In this document: positions 35,501 to 49,001 of the stretch, piece by piece | Layout: every line of letters begins with the position of its first letter | How positions within the stretch are numbered: the first letter of the stretch is position 1 | Assembly (NCBI GenBank): GCA_951406725.2 | Contig: OX597819.1 | Location: 77,066,001-77,130,000, forward strand | DNA: 64,000 bases | Reading direction: 5' to 3' | Source: Octopus vulgaris | Taxonomy: Eukaryota | Notes under the pieces: model-generated | The model's input: the letters and a program-made list of their open reading frames with translations, nothing else | Databases searched by the model: none | Told to the model about the DNA's origin: nothing | Translations under genes and position numbers: made by a program

Positions 35501-38459
35501 AAGGCTTCTTTTGCTGGTCATAAAGTTCAGTTGATGTGCAGCAGCATGAAAAAATGATAGATGAATTTATATACGAGACATAATTATGTTTTCATAAAGG
35601 GGATTAGTTTCTTCTATTAGCTGAAATAATATCATTACATATTTTATAATCTTCTTCACTTTAGCAAGGATGTCAGTGTTGTCACGCTTAGAACTTGATT
35701 TAATATTCCTTTATGAAATAATATACTTGAAGGCTCGATGAAGATAGAAAAATATTTATTTACTGTTTTAGTTGTGTTTTTTTTTCGAGATGTCTTTATT
35801 TTTAATGTTAAATAAAAATAAAAGCAAAAAGCCCCCAAAGCAACCTATGCATTTAATGTGGAAATTCTCAATATTAATCTTCTTTGTTTTGATCCAATAA
35901 CATCTCTTTAAACATCTCTGTTTTCATAAAGAATATGTAGTGCTTTTTTCTGGTTTCTTCTCTTCTGCAATTTTTAAAGGAAGTGAATAAACTGAGTTTT
36001 TTTATATATATTTTTTTTTATCTTTTCCATTAGTATATGAGAGACTTCACAATTGCAAAATTTTGCCTCAATTTGAAGGACGTTTAGAATGTTTGCTAAA
36101 TTTGGTGATAATGATTTCAACATTTCATTCACACACACGCACGCACGCACATGTACGATTCCATACAATTTCTGTTTGATAAATTTCATTCCTACAGCCT
36201 TGAGAAAAGACATTTGCCCAAGGTGCTTTGCTTAATCTTATAAAGATTAGAAATAACTACATTTCAACTATTATTTTACTCAGATCTGAACAACTATTAT
36301 ACTGGAAAATCTATTCAGTGACTGGAATCAGTTTTTACTGTTTTTGAAGCAGAAAAGGGGTAGGAAAGTTACAGGTAGGCCTAAATGCTATGCAAACACA
36401 CACTTGGTTGCTATCCAAGTTCCTCCTCCGTAGAAGATCTGTTGACCAGCTATAAAAGTTCAGTTTCTTCATGCACATCCTTGACATGGTGCCAAATTAC
36501 TCTCTGCAATGTTTTTTGGGAAATAAAGCTGTTTGTTGCTTCACCTGTTTCAAGGTCATTAACTGGATTCTAGTCTCATTAGTAACCACTCCTCCAACAG
36601 TCTAATTAGGAATCACTCCTCCAATCAAAAGTAAAAAACTGGAAAAGAAAAAGAAAGTCATCAATCAGTATTTTAGAATATCTGTTTCTTCTTTCATTTT
36701 TTTTCTTTAATATTAGTATTCTAATGTGGTCGATTGGCAGAATCATTAAAGTATCAAACAAAATGCCTGTGGTATTTAGTTACAGCTCTTGACATTCTGG
36801 TTTCAAATCCTGTTGTAGTAAACTTTGCCTTTTTATTTTTCATGGTTGTTTTAAATGACCAACTCCCTCCTTCCAAAATCTGTGATCTGGAACCTTTGTT
36901 AGAAGCAACTCTTCCACTTTTTTTTTATACTTGTTTTAGAAAAGAATAATACATAAGTTAGAGACTCGAAATAGTTAAGTCAGGAGACATTTTGTACCTT
37001 ATTACCATTTCAGTATGGTGTGCATAGTTTCATGTAACAAAGCAAGCAAGATTCCTTTATTTGATTTTTGTTTTCCTTTTATTTCTTTATATATATATTT
37101 AAATCTATTTCATCAGAGTTTTTTCGAAGCAGGCAGGTAGGATTGAGGACAATCAGAATAATGCAAGCAAGCTGCTTTGTAGAAGTTTGATTTTGACACT
37201 CATGGAAACCTCTGTAGTTTTGAAAGTAATTCTCTGCTTACTCTCTACAGATGTTATTTAAAATTTACACTATTATACATACATGTGTGCTGTATGTGTA
37301 TGTATCTATCTAGATGTATGTTTGTATGCGTATACACACACATGTGTATGTGTGTGTGTGTGTGTTGTCTTCTACTTTCATTTTAGTTTGCCTTATTTTT
37401 GTTTCAGACACATTTCAAAAACCTTATTTATTTGAGACCTTTTCTCTCAATACATTCTGTTTAGCCATAAACAATGAGGTTTAATACTGGAATGAGTTTT
37501 CTGTTAGGAATTTTTTTTTTTTTTTTATATATCATTTCCTTTACTTGTTTCAGCGATATGCCAAGTTCTGTTTTTTTTATCTTTTCAAGACGTCCTATGT
37601 CATTTAATACTATTATCATTGTTTATCTACATTGCACATGTCTGTTTCTTTTCTTCCATCGACATTTCTCAGCCCACATCTTCACACAATTACTAGCTCA
37701 GGTTATGTTTCCATACACTTCAACAACTGAATAAATTTCAAAACCTTATCTCTTTCAACAACTCTAAAAGCTGACAACAATCTTCTAAAATACATGCAAA
37801 TACATAATTATTTCTATTATCTATGTTGTCAATCTTACACACTAAACTGATTTCACTCTATAATTTTGCATTTTTATGCAAGCTTTGCAATAAAAGAAAA
37901 GTGAGAAGGAAATTCTTACAAAATCTATACTGCTTTGTGTAGAAATGTAGATACGAAAGATTTTTCCAGTGCAGTATCTATATGTAAATTGTTAATGTAG
38001 CTGGCCTGAGAATAATTTAGCATTCTTTTCAGTGAACCACAACTCTATATCTATCTTTATTTACTTTTGTCAGTCTGACGCTAGTAAATTGGGTTTAAAT
38101 TTGTTAAAAATGGCTTATGGAACTAGGTCATCCAAAACTAACTGACCAGGTTTGGGAAAGTTTAAGATGGGTGACTTTGGGCTTTGTGGCCTAACTAACA
38201 CTGGCAGGTCTGAGCAGGGATGGCCAAGACTTGTTGATTCAAATAGTAGGGGGAGTATCTCACTGTCAAGGTAAGTGCTTCTACAAAAATTAGCTCACCT
38301 GTACAAGCTTATATAAATAAATGTAAACAGCCAAAGTAATAGAAAAATGATAAATGTATTATAATTTACCACCCTGCCAGGGATATGGCAAAGTCATGGT
38401 GGATTGACTACATCCTTAATCACACTCAAAGTTCTCTTCTTTTGTATAACTATGATTAT

Positions 38460-38650
38460 TGTTGTGTAGCCTTGATAAGTTTGATCAAGCAGATTTATGA
38501 TCAAGGATATTCCAGGAATGGCCATCCCATCTTTTCCCTATGTACAAGGTACCCAAAACTACATTAACCAATGTTTTCCTTTTTTAAGCAATATGGGGGC
38601 GATTTGGCTGCAATTTCTAGCATATCAAGTGACTGCATAGAAGTCCTGTT
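38460..38650 (-). mobile_element. Family F repeat
   Basis: GATCAAGCAGATTTATGATCAAGGATATTCCAG...GATTTGGCTGCAATTTCTAGCA. Confidence 0.75.
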
Positions 38651-39012
38651 GGCTTGTATAATTGTGGTTATTTCGGTTTGGCTAATATCTTCAGAAATAA
38701 GCATTATATAATCATGAAGCTCTCGGCTGTTTATTTGTCTATCCTTTGCCACTGAGCTGTCTTCTCTCCAGAGAATAACTATTATAATATTTCCTTCAGC
38801 TGCTACAACAACAACAACAACAACTACTACTACTACTGCTGTTGCAACTGATGCTTAAAGAACCAGTAGTAGTGTTATAAATCCTCAGCACTATTATTTA
38901 CAAAGGTCAGTGGATTGGCTGAATCATTTGAGCGGCAGATGAAATGCCTTGTAGTATTTATTCTGGCTCTTTGTGTTCTTGCATGTGACCTTGGTTTCAG
39001 TCAGATCTTGGT

Positions 39013-39200
39013 TTAACTCTTTTGATACCGACCTCCCCGAGAAGGTGTCTTTGTTCTATGGTACAAACTTCTTGTTTTAAAGCGATATAAACTAAAACCT
39101 TTGTTCAAAATTTCATGCCGATTTATGTTCCAAATACCAGCTTAATAATTGCAATGTTATTTTACTAAATTCCTCGTTATCTTAAATATTAATTGACATA
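39013..39200 (+). mobile_element. Fragment of a second putative TTAA-type MITE (family G)
   Basis: Begins TTAA|CTCTTTTGATACC. The segment AAATACCAGCTTAATAAT...GTTATTTTA.TAAAT recurs at about 57510-57590. Confidence 0.45.
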
Positions 39201-39204
39201 AAGA

Positions 39205-39366
39205 CATAGGCATGGCTGTGTGATTAAGAAGCTTGCTTCTCAACCACATGGTTCCAGGTTCAGTCTCACTGCATGGCACTTTGAGCAAGTGTCTTCTTCT
39301 ATAACCTCAGGCCAACCAAAGCCTTGTGAGTGGATTTGGAAGATGGGAACTGCAAGAATCCCATTG

Positions 39367-39404
<38 letters not shown>

Positions 39405-40210
39405 TACCGTGTATATCCACATGTGTTTGTGAGTTGGTGTCTCCTGTTCTTGACATCGTATGATAGTTGTGAGTGTCACTGTCAAACAAGCGGTGTCTTT
39501 TGCTACTAATCTTTTGTGAAAATATGTCCAGGTGTGGCTGTGTGGTAAGAAGTTTGCTTTCCAAGCACATGGTTTGGGGTTCAGTCACACTGCGCAGTAC
39601 ATTGGGTAGCTGTCTTCTACTATATCCTCAGGTTGACCAAAAACTTGTGAGTGGATTTGGTAGACGGAAAATGTGTGTGTATATATATATATGCATTTGT
39701 GTCTGTATATGTCCCTTCCACCACTAGGTTATTAATGTTGGTTTGTTTGTATCCCCCGTAACTTAGCAGTTCAGTAAAAGAGACTTGGCTAAAAATCTGT
39801 TAAGTACTAGGGTCAGTTTATTTGACTAAAATCTCTTCAAGATGGTGCCCCAGCATGGCCACAGATTGATGACTGTAGCAAGTAAAAGGATGAAAAGGAT
39901 CCATAGATAAATTAATACCTTACTTAACCAAGACTTAAAAACATAAATACTGGGGTCAATTTGTTTGACTTAAAACCCTTCAAGGTGGTGCCCCAGCATG
40001 GCCACAGTCCAATGACTGAAACAAGTAAAAGATAAAAGATATATTAAAATGTTTACCTCACAGTTTCTGTCTCCCTGACTTCATTCACAAGGTTTCGGTC
40101 AACTGGCAATTATGGTAGAAGATACTTTTCTAAAGTTTTTTCCTCTTAGTAAGCTCAAATCTGGAAAGACCTGACTGCAAATCAAACTTTCTAACATGAC
40201 AACACTTGCA
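39205..40210. mobile_element. SINE A cluster: A2-type copy (+), A copy (+), duplicated tail (+), and a decayed minus-strand head
   Basis: Heads at 39205 and 39530. Tails end at about 39895 and 40040. An inverted head lies at about 40060-40210. Confidence 0.85.
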
Positions 40211-41424
40211 CCCATTAGTAACGCCAAAAATCATATTTGAATGTGCAAACTTTACCAGCTCTCATATAGTTGTTTAGAAGCAGGTCAGCCTTGTTTGTTC
40301 ATATCTATGATCAAAGACAGTCCAGCTATGGCTCTTGTATTTTTTGTTCGTTTTTAAGTATAAATAGTTAATGTCTTCTGATGTGGAATGTTTACTAGTA
40401 TCATTGTGAGCATCATGGGTTAGTTAATAATAAACTAGTCAAAACTTTCCAAGCCAATCAAGTTTTGATGGTGTAAATACATTTTTCTCTCTCTGTCTCT
40501 CTTTCTTGCTAACCTTTGTTACATTTCCAGGTCATTGTACATTGTGCTTTTCCAAGTGCCAACTGCTAGCTTTGTATTGCATGTATGGTTCATACAACTT
40601 AAGAAGCAAAAGAAAATATTAGCCAAAGACTAAGTATGTAAAATTGATATTTAAAATAAAAAAATGAAATTATCAAAAATATTACGACCTCCACAAGGAA
40701 ATTGGTTGTGCCTGTTAAATTGGCAGGTGTATTGACTGAACAAGCTGTTGCCGTGCCAACACTGTAATATTTGTGATTATATTGATTCTTGCTCTAACAA
40801 GCAGCTATTTAACTATAATTGAGGTGCTTCCTTCGCATGCATATTAGTTGGGGCAGGATTGTGTTTATTTAATTTTTGATGGTTCCATATTAAATCTACA
40901 TATAGGAGAAATACCAAACCATCAATGAGATTGCTGAAATAAAATAATGCAATCCTGATAATATATATACGGGCAAATATATCCTACTATTAAGTCAGCT
41001 CTACACAGAGCCTGTAATATCACCACTAATCAGCTCCTATATCATCTGTTTCCACCATCTTCTCCATCTCCATCACCTTCTTTCATTTCCACCAGCTTTT
41101 CCACTGTATTTGATTCTGCCATTTGTCAAAGATAGTATAACATGTTGCCATGGCTTTACTTTAACTTACAGCACCATAACAACAGGCTATAAGAGTGATT
41201 ACAATCAGTTTAAATTCTGTCGTACTAATCACTTTAAGTATATGTGTTACTAATATTTATGTATCCGAGTATCTGAAACAGGTAATGACGATGATGATGA
41301 TGATGAAGTATTTTTTTTACAATCACTTTTTGCTTGATTTATATTCTTTGCATTAATTTGAAACTGACATGTACTTTTGTATAATTGAGGTTATTTCTGT
41401 GTATGTATGTGTGTGTATGTATGA

Positions 41425-42022
41425 AGGTACATTGTCACATGGTTAGAGTGTTGCCCTCACAATCTTGCAATCACAGTTTCAATACCCACACTAGTGGTGC
41501 ATTGTGTTTTTGAGCAAAACACTTGAACTCATGTTGCTCCAATCCACTCAGCCCTAAATGGATGATCCCTTGACAGACTCGCATTCCGTTCAGGGGTATT
41601 GCTGGCCTACCCACCTGGCCAACTGGACGGCATTATTTGAAAGCTACAGCCATGCAAGGAAGTGCATCATGACCAGTGTATAACATTTGATAGCCTGGTC
41701 AATATAGTGAGACATATCACAGTCACGAGATAGTGAGTTCAATTCCTAGACCAGGCTGTGTTGTGTTCTTGAGCAAGACGCTTTATTTCAAGTTGTTCCA
41801 GTTCACTCAGCTGTAGAAATAAGTTGCAGCATCACTGGTGCCAAGCTGTATTGGCCGTTGCCTTTCCTTTGAATAACATCGGTGGTATGGAGAGGGGAAG
41901 CTGGTATGCATGGGTGACTGCTGGTCTTCCATAAACAACCTTGCCAGGATTTGTGCCTTGGAGGGGAACTTTCTATGTGCAATCCCATGGTCATTCATGA
42001 CCAAAGGAGGTCTTTACCCTTT
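41425..42022 (+). mobile_element. Two tandem SINE family C copies
   Basis: TGGTTAGAGTGTTG...TTGTGTTTTTGAGCAAAACAC at 41425. A second copy at 41715-42022 ends GGTCTTTACCCTTT and closely matches 53958-54298. Confidence 0.88.
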
Positions 42023-43064
42023 ATATATATATATATATGTAGTGTGTATGTGTGTGTGTGTTGTTTTCTTTACTATTTGTGGTCACTGAAAATCTTAATT
42101 GTAACTTTCACAATGTCTTGAAAGCTTATATGATTTTGAGCTGATCATTTAGAATATTCTGTGAATATTCTGCCGAATTGGAAGTTCAAACTCGAAAAGA
42201 AACCATTATTCCTCAGTAGCTATGAATGGTGGTGATGTTTCAACATGCAGATATTAGTTATACACCATTGTTCACGTTGAAAATCTTATATATTATGGAG
42301 GGTTATATTGATTTTGCATTTGCTACACTATTTTTAAACATAACTAACTTAGATACATAACATTTGATTTATAAAATCATTCCACTTTATTCCATTCCAA
42401 TGTTCAGTATTATTCCCCTTCAGTAACCACAATGTACTAATGTTATATACACATACATGCATGCATATACACATACATGCATGTACAGAGCTTTCTTGAA
42501 TGTTTAAAATGGAACAGCTATCATTGTGGTTATCCAAATTCCAGAGTTGGAGTTTCTGTTTCTCTATTAGAAACCAGCCCTCTCCTTTTTAAGAAGAATC
42601 CTAATTAATAGAAATTTTAAAACATGTCATACACATACACATTGAGAAAGATAAGTAGTAACTTGACTGATTCTTTAAGTTATGCTGACTTTTAGGATGT
42701 GAGGATAGCTATAAAGACGTGTAGTGGTTACTGTTGCTAGTGACGAACAAGAAATTTTTCAGAAATTGGAAGCAGGTCTGTTTGGTCAACTGCTAGCCCC
42801 TTGTCTACTAGACGTACTGTACCTAGGTGTATGAAATATTTTAGTTAGGAAATTGTGTTTGTATATGAGGGAGAGAAAAAAACATGTATGTATGGTTGGT
42901 TGAGCTAGCAAGTTGAGAAAAATGCTAATGTACCATACATAGAATCTTTTACATTCTCTCCTGATTTGATACCTCATTGTTCTAATGACAAATCTTGCTG
43001 AGATCAGTTTCTGTTGTTTTTGGTATTTAGTTGGGAGCTATGTAGGTCATCTTTGAGAACTGAC

Positions 43065-43350
43065 TACCCATCCATACATTCTCTCTGCTCACTACTACAA
43101 GAAGGGTCATGAGGATAAAGTCCTCAAGCCCTTCTTCTGTAGGGTCTTATGAGAAGCAACCATCATTAGACCTACCAGCTGGATTTCCCAACATGACCAA
43201 CTGGGATTATGGATATTATCCACCCATCTTGTTCTTGGTCTACTCTTAGGTCTCCTGGAAGCTGGCTCAGTTTGAAGAATCCACTTTGCAATTCTTTCTT
43301 GTTACCCCTCAATGTGGAATGCCAACCATACAAAATCAACTGAGTACCCT
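43065..43350 (-). mobile_element. RTE-clade LINE 3' remnant, second lineage
   Basis: The minus strand translates QERIAKWILQTEPASRRPKSRPRTRWVDNIHNPSW, matching the RTE RRxxGRPxxRW motif. It ends in a decayed (GATG)n-like tail. Confidence 0.7.
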
Positions 43351-44096
43351 TTTCTTCAGCTGTTGAGAGCCTCTCAACTCCCTGGGTTCATTACATAAAT
43401 AACCATGAACATCATAGCAAATGATGCTAAGGAATGTTCTGCACCATGTAGTTTTTGGTTTTCCTTTCTGTTCTCCTCTCCGATGGTATCTGTTTAAAAG
43501 GTGTCCTCTATTCAGCTTTTTTTATTTACCTTTTTTTTTTTTTTTGCATTTCGAAGTCTCTAATTATGTTTCCGTTGTTATTAATTCTTGTGGTTGAAAA
43601 GTTATATTTTATTGTTAAACAGAAACAAAATTAGTATTGTCTTTTGAAGGTTTCTTTAAAGTATGGAAAGCATCCTCGTGGCTTGTTCTCATCAAAAAAA
43701 CACAATACTATTTTATGTTTATTTTGCTTGTAGTTAGATAACATTGTTCATATATTTTGTTGCATGTTTTATGTTAGGTGAATTGATTTCTATAGGTGGC
43801 TTCTCTTCCACTGAAAGCCTCCCAACCATGGAAACATCATGATGGCAAACTGAGGCATGCAAACATATGTTCTCTTGTGCAGCAAGACTTGAAGAAATGG
43901 TCAAATATCAAAAGAATTTATCCTTTTAATTTGATGCCACTGGTTCCAAACATGGTTATGCTTGGTCAAAATTCTTGACTCTTCATACATGTAATATCCT
44001 CTTCATATTTAGTCAGCGGAAAATATCAGACCTAACTACATTTTACACTTCTTTTATATTTACAGAAATGTAGGAGAATAACTTGTGAAGGGTGAA

Positions 44097-44560
44097 AGTC
44101 CATGGCCTAATGGTCAGGGGAATGCATTCATGATTGTATGAGGTAATGTTGAAAGGGTCCTAGCTTTATGGGTATCACAGAAAGCCTGGCTGGGGGCCCA
44201 AACTTCTGAGTCCTTTTACAGGCTTTAGAAAAACTGAATGACTGCTGCAATAAGTGTGTGAATTTGAGAGGGGAATATATTGACTAAAATCATAATTAAC
44301 TGATCCTCCTGTGTTTTCTTTTACCCAAATCCAGGAACTTTTCAGCACTCCCTTGTAAGGTCATAGTTTTGATTCTTGAAATTGGTAGTGTGTTGTGTGG
44401 ACTGGAGCAATGTAAAATGAGTAAATGAGTTTCAATAATAGCTTGGAAGTTGACTCTATGATGAACTGACATCCTTTTCAGTAGGGTAGTGTTGTTATCT
44501 CGGTCACTTAGGTACCATGGAAACCAACTTAAGCTCCAGCCTTATGAGTTCTTGACATCA
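44097..44560 (+). mobile_element. SINE related to family C, split by a mariner MITE
   Basis: Head CATGGCCTAATGGTCAGGG...CATGATTG|TA...TA|AGGTCATAGTTTTGATTC. Confidence 0.65.
44139..44355 (+). mobile_element. Internally deleted mariner element (217 bp) with both TIRs and a TA TSD
   Basis: Left end TA|TGAGGTAATGTTGAAAGGGTCCTAGCTT. Right end, reverse-complemented, TA|CAAGGGAGTGCTGAAAAGTTCCTGGATT. 44219-44287 encodes QALEKLNDCCNKCVNLRGEYID*, a mariner transposase C-terminus. Confidence 0.85.
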
Positions 44561-44703
44561 TGAAAGACCTGAGAAGAATTACTTGAAGAGAATTTAACTG
44601 ATGTTAATGTTATTGCAAGTAAAGTGACATGTGAATCGAAAATCTCCTAGTCTTTAGTGACAGTCGTTTTACACACACATGCATGCGCACACATACACAC
44701 ACC

Positions 44704-44950
44704 CTCATCATCATCATTTAATGTCCATTTTCCATGCTGGTATGAGTTGGATGCCTTGACAGGCCACACCAGGTTCCATAGTATGTTTTGGTTTGGTTTC
44801 TACAGCTGGATGCCCTTCCTATAGCCAACCACTTTACAGACTGTAGTCGGTGGTGTTTCTTATGTATCACCATCAGTTCTGTTGCAGTAGGTAGGTCTTC
44901 TTGAGTACAGCAATGCACCACATATCTCAGTCTTCCATCGTCTCCTTCAT
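44704..44950 (-). mobile_element. RTE LINE 3' end
   Basis: (GAT)n tail, GGAAGGGCATCCAGCTGTAGAAACC and the peptide remnant D*DMWCIAVLKK. Confidence 0.78.
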
Positions 44951-46366
44951 ACATTCATACATTTATATATATATATATATACATGCACACACACATACAT
45001 ACATAAACACAAATAAATTAAAGTGTTCAAAAGTTTCTATCAACAGAATATAGAGTTTTAGTACACTAAAACTGCATTTTAAATGAGAAATAGTGATAAT
45101 ATTCTCTTTTTATTATTACCATTTTTTCCTTGTTTTTAGTATGAGTGACAGAACTTTTATTTAAAAGAAAAAATTTGCCTCTTTAATATGAAAGTTACTT
45201 CCATAAAACATCTTATTTTAAAAGCTTTTTGATGTTAGTTTCAAACTGAATAAATCTTTAATCCGTTGCCATTCACAATATCTTCAGAATAAATTTTTAA
45301 AAAATATTTTCATATTTAGAAATTGTTCAATTATTTACTGTTTAATTTTATACTTCTCTGTGACTATTTGATATGATTTGCCTTTTTAAAAGTATTATGT
45401 TTTTTTTTTTTTTGTCCCTTTCAATTTTCTGAAGCTACAAAAGCTCAGTAATAAAATTTCGATAACTTTATAATCTGCATCGTGAAATCATCATCCTCAT
45501 TATCGTTTATCATTAATTGTCATTATTATTATTTTTTTTTTTTTCATTGCCACTTTTGTCAGTGCCATGAAAATCACTAGGATGTTTTTCATCCTTTCAG
45601 TTTTAATAATGATGATAACAACCATCTTTTTCTTTTGCCTCCATTACTGATCTTCTCTTTCATAATTGCCACCACCTCTCTTGTTTATTGATGGAGTTAT
45701 TAATTCTCTAACCCTTTTTTCTGTCATCACCTCAGTCCTCATTCACATCATCAGTAGCAACAGCTGTTGTAGCAGCAACTTTCTGTATGAAAAACATCAG
45801 AGTTTGAAACATCAGTACGTTTAGTGTATTTCACTTGAAGATTCAAAGTCTTTAGTGGAAGTCATTTCATGAGTTCTGCACTCATTAACCTGGTTCATCA
45901 AACATATTGAAAGATATCTTGTTGCATGTGTATTTTAGACTGTTGGGTAAACTGGTAGTTCTTGACTTTTCTTCAAAAAACCTTTTACATTGGAAGAACT
46001 GAAGAAAACAATAAAAAGTGGAATTTTATTAGTCCTGACAGCAGACTAAATATTTTGTTTCAGGAAATAAAAAATTACCCATCAAACTCAATAGAATCAG
46101 AGATGGAGATTGTTTTAATCTTAAATTACAGATGTGAGTTGAAAGGAGGAAAATAAGTATTATAGAAGCAGTTTCTTTCTTGTATTGTTTAACTATTCCA
46201 TGTTAATCAAATGGTATATGATGTAGAATAGCTGTGAGTTTAAGCTGTTAGAATACTGACCACAGTATCCTATGCACATTGTGGTTAGGTGCTTAACACT
46301 AATGATTACTTATATTTTTAGCAAGCCAATGGATGGAGATCCTGTATGGTTAATCGGCCTGCTTAA

Positions 46367-46573
46367 ACCTCTAACATTTAAACCAGCAATATTTTATGTA
46401 TTTTATGTTTAAACTGGTGAGATTGGGCCTCTCATGCCTACTCTACAATGTCATTCTAAAAATAAACAATCACACCATTAAAGTATCAAAGCTATGAGAT
46501 AATGCATGATTAATTCAGAACAATGTGATTAAATAAGCATTACATTTGACAGAACAATCTGAAAACTAAAGGG
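46367..46573 (-). mobile_element. MITE family E inserted in a family F repeat
   Basis: TTAA|ACCTCTAACATTTAAACCAGC ... CTAAAGGG|TTAA. The flanks rejoin to give the F motif CCTGC..A.ATAGCAACCAAATCT. Confidence 0.82.
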
Positions 46574-46954
46574 TTAAATTAGCAACCAAATCTGCTTGAA
46601 ATCACAGTATTTTGTCTTAAAAGGCAAAGAACACTGGATAATGTAGTTTTGCATATAGCGTCAAATACACACACACACACACACACAACTGACTATATAA
46701 TCCAAACTTATTTCACAGTTAGCCGAGTGTTTGTTGATAAGAGCGGATTCTATCCTGTATAAAAGACAATTGTTGACTTAAAGATCTGTCTGCCATCCAT
46801 GCTAGCAATTTAATTATATGTAAAAAAAAAAAACAGGGAACACTGTAACTGTTACAGTTCAGTTCACTTTGTTTTCTATAGAATATATATATATTATTAT
46901 TTATTTTTAATGGAACACTGCGCTGTTTTGTATCTTATATGTCTGAGGATGAGA

Positions 46955-46999
<45 letters not shown>

Positions 47000-47044
47000 A
47001 ACGTGTGTGTGTGTGTTCAGAAAATGGTTTCTCCTAGCTTATAG

Positions 47045-47775
47045 ACTTGTCTTTGTGGTTAAGAAGCTCACTTTGCAAACACATAGTTTTGGGTTCAGTT
47101 CCACTGCTCAGCATTGTGAGCATCTTCTGGTGTAGCTTCAACCAACTAATGCCTTACAAGTGAATCTGGTTCATGAAAACTCTGTGGAAGCCTGTATATG
47201 TGTATGTATGAATATATATATATATATGTATATATATATGGTAGGAGTATAATAACAGATGAATAGGTTACCTGGTATTACTGCAATTGATTCATTAGGA
47301 GTCTTTATTGGAACATAAGTATAATACAATTAGATTGTACATATGTTATGAACTCCCAAATCATCAGGCTACCAAATAAACAAGTGAGTATTTGGATACT
47401 ATAGTAATTGTAGATTGCCTAACAACAGTGAACTTCTTTCATTGATGCATTCTGTGCTTATATAATAGATTATTTAACTGTTTCGCATCATTCTGTCTAG
47501 CCAGTTTGTGATGTTCTTCATTTTGACATGCTTTGATCCTTTATGGATCCACTGTAATCATATACGTATGTGTGTCTTTCTGTTTGCGTTTGTCCACCCC
47601 CTGCTTCTTGACAATTGGTGTCAGTTTGTTTATGTCTTCTGTTATGTATCAGTTTTGCCAAAAGTGAACAATAGAATAAGTTCCAGACATGAAAAATAAT
47701 TACAAAGGCCAATTTGTTTGATTTAACCCTTGAATGCCATACCCCAGTATGGCTGTAGTCCAGTGGCTGAAATAA
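47045..47775 (+). mobile_element. SINE family A split by an unrelated insert of about 330 bp in its microsatellite
   Basis: Head at 47045-47195, tail at about 47570-47775. Confidence 0.7.
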
Positions 47776-48327
47776 ATATTTTTAAAAAAAGCGCTAAAGC
47801 AGATGTGTGTGCAAGTGTATTTGTTTGACTAAGAAATGAATATCACTCTGAATTTCTCACTAGTTTAGCTTCTTATTCTGAACATAGTGTGCTTATTTAT
47901 TTTTACCTTCTCAGAACCTTACAAAAGCTATCCAAACTCTGATAGAGCTCAATGCTCCGCCCTGCTATGTCTCAACTTCCTTACTAAAGCACTGACAATA
48001 TTTTTATATCCTCTGCTATTTTGTACTGATTATATTTCTGTAATGCTTGGCACCTGTCTTAAGGAAGTATATACACAAGAGATAGCAATATTACCGTTAA
48101 GGTGAATCTTTCCAACAAAATTCTTAAAATTCCATACTGGAGTAGAAGATTGAATGCCTGCTGAAAGAGCTTGTAATATCAATACAGAGCAAAAGATTAT
48201 GTTCAATTTTACTTAAGGTCAATCTTAATTTGAGTTCTGTCCCTGCTTTATTTACTTATTTGGTACTTGCTTTAAAGCCAAATTTGCATAGAACATACAT
48301 ATATGTAATGTATGTATGTACATATGT

Positions 48328-48330
<3 letters not shown>

Positions 48331-48376
<46 letters not shown>
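48331..48376. repeat. (TA)n microsatellite, target site of the Helitron
   Basis: Read directly. Confidence 0.97.
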
Positions 48377-48377
<1 letters not shown>

Positions 48378-48898
48378 TAGCAGCATAACCCGGCATTGCC
48401 CGGGTATGTAAGAGCCCCTGGAGCAGACATGATGCTCGCCGTGAATTTAAAAAAATTCCTGCCAATTTGTGAAAGATATTGTCGAAAATATGTCATCTTG
48501 AATTTGAATGCGATTTTCCAAAATAGCATGATTTTATCGATTTTTTCTGATGGTAAGGTATTGCATGGAAAACTAACGTTAGAATTAAGTTTCTTAGGGT
48601 AACATTAAGCTTCACCATGAGTTTGGTGAAAATCGATTGCAAGTTGCGAAAACTACAACAGAAAATGTATTGCAAATAAAAGGCTTAGATTCTCGACCCC
48701 ATGTCGAATTTATCAATTTTTTCAGAACTGGGGGAACTTTTCAAAATTTTCGCTGCGTTAGTTTTGGAATTATAACATTGGGCTATGTGTGTGTCAAGTT
48801 TCATCAGAATCGGTTGAAAGCCGTGGTCAGGGTGAGGGTACAACCTGACAGACACACAGACACACAGACAGACAAACTGCCGTTTATATATAGAGAGA
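48377..48898 (-). mobile_element. Complete non-autonomous Helitron (522 bp)
   Basis: On the minus strand: 5' A|TCTCTCTATATATAAA, a (CTGT)-type microsatellite near the 5' end, a 3' hairpin ACCCGGGCAATGCCGGGT, then TATGCTGCTAG|T. It sits between A and T with no TSD and is CpG-rich. Confidence 0.9.
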
Positions 48899-49001
48899 TA
48901 TATATATATCAACAATATTAATAATAAGGATTACTATGAAGTTGCATAGCATTACCTTTAATTCTTTAATGTATGGTTATATACAGCTTTACATAGCCAT
49001 A

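Noticed and set aside
43796-43978. ORF beginning at an acceptor-like TTTCTATAG|GT
   Set aside because: There is no convincing donor and no recognisable peptide.
48637-48921. 94-aa ORF and the overlapping antisense ORF
   Set aside because: Both lie inside the non-autonomous Helitron and lack Rep or helicase motifs.
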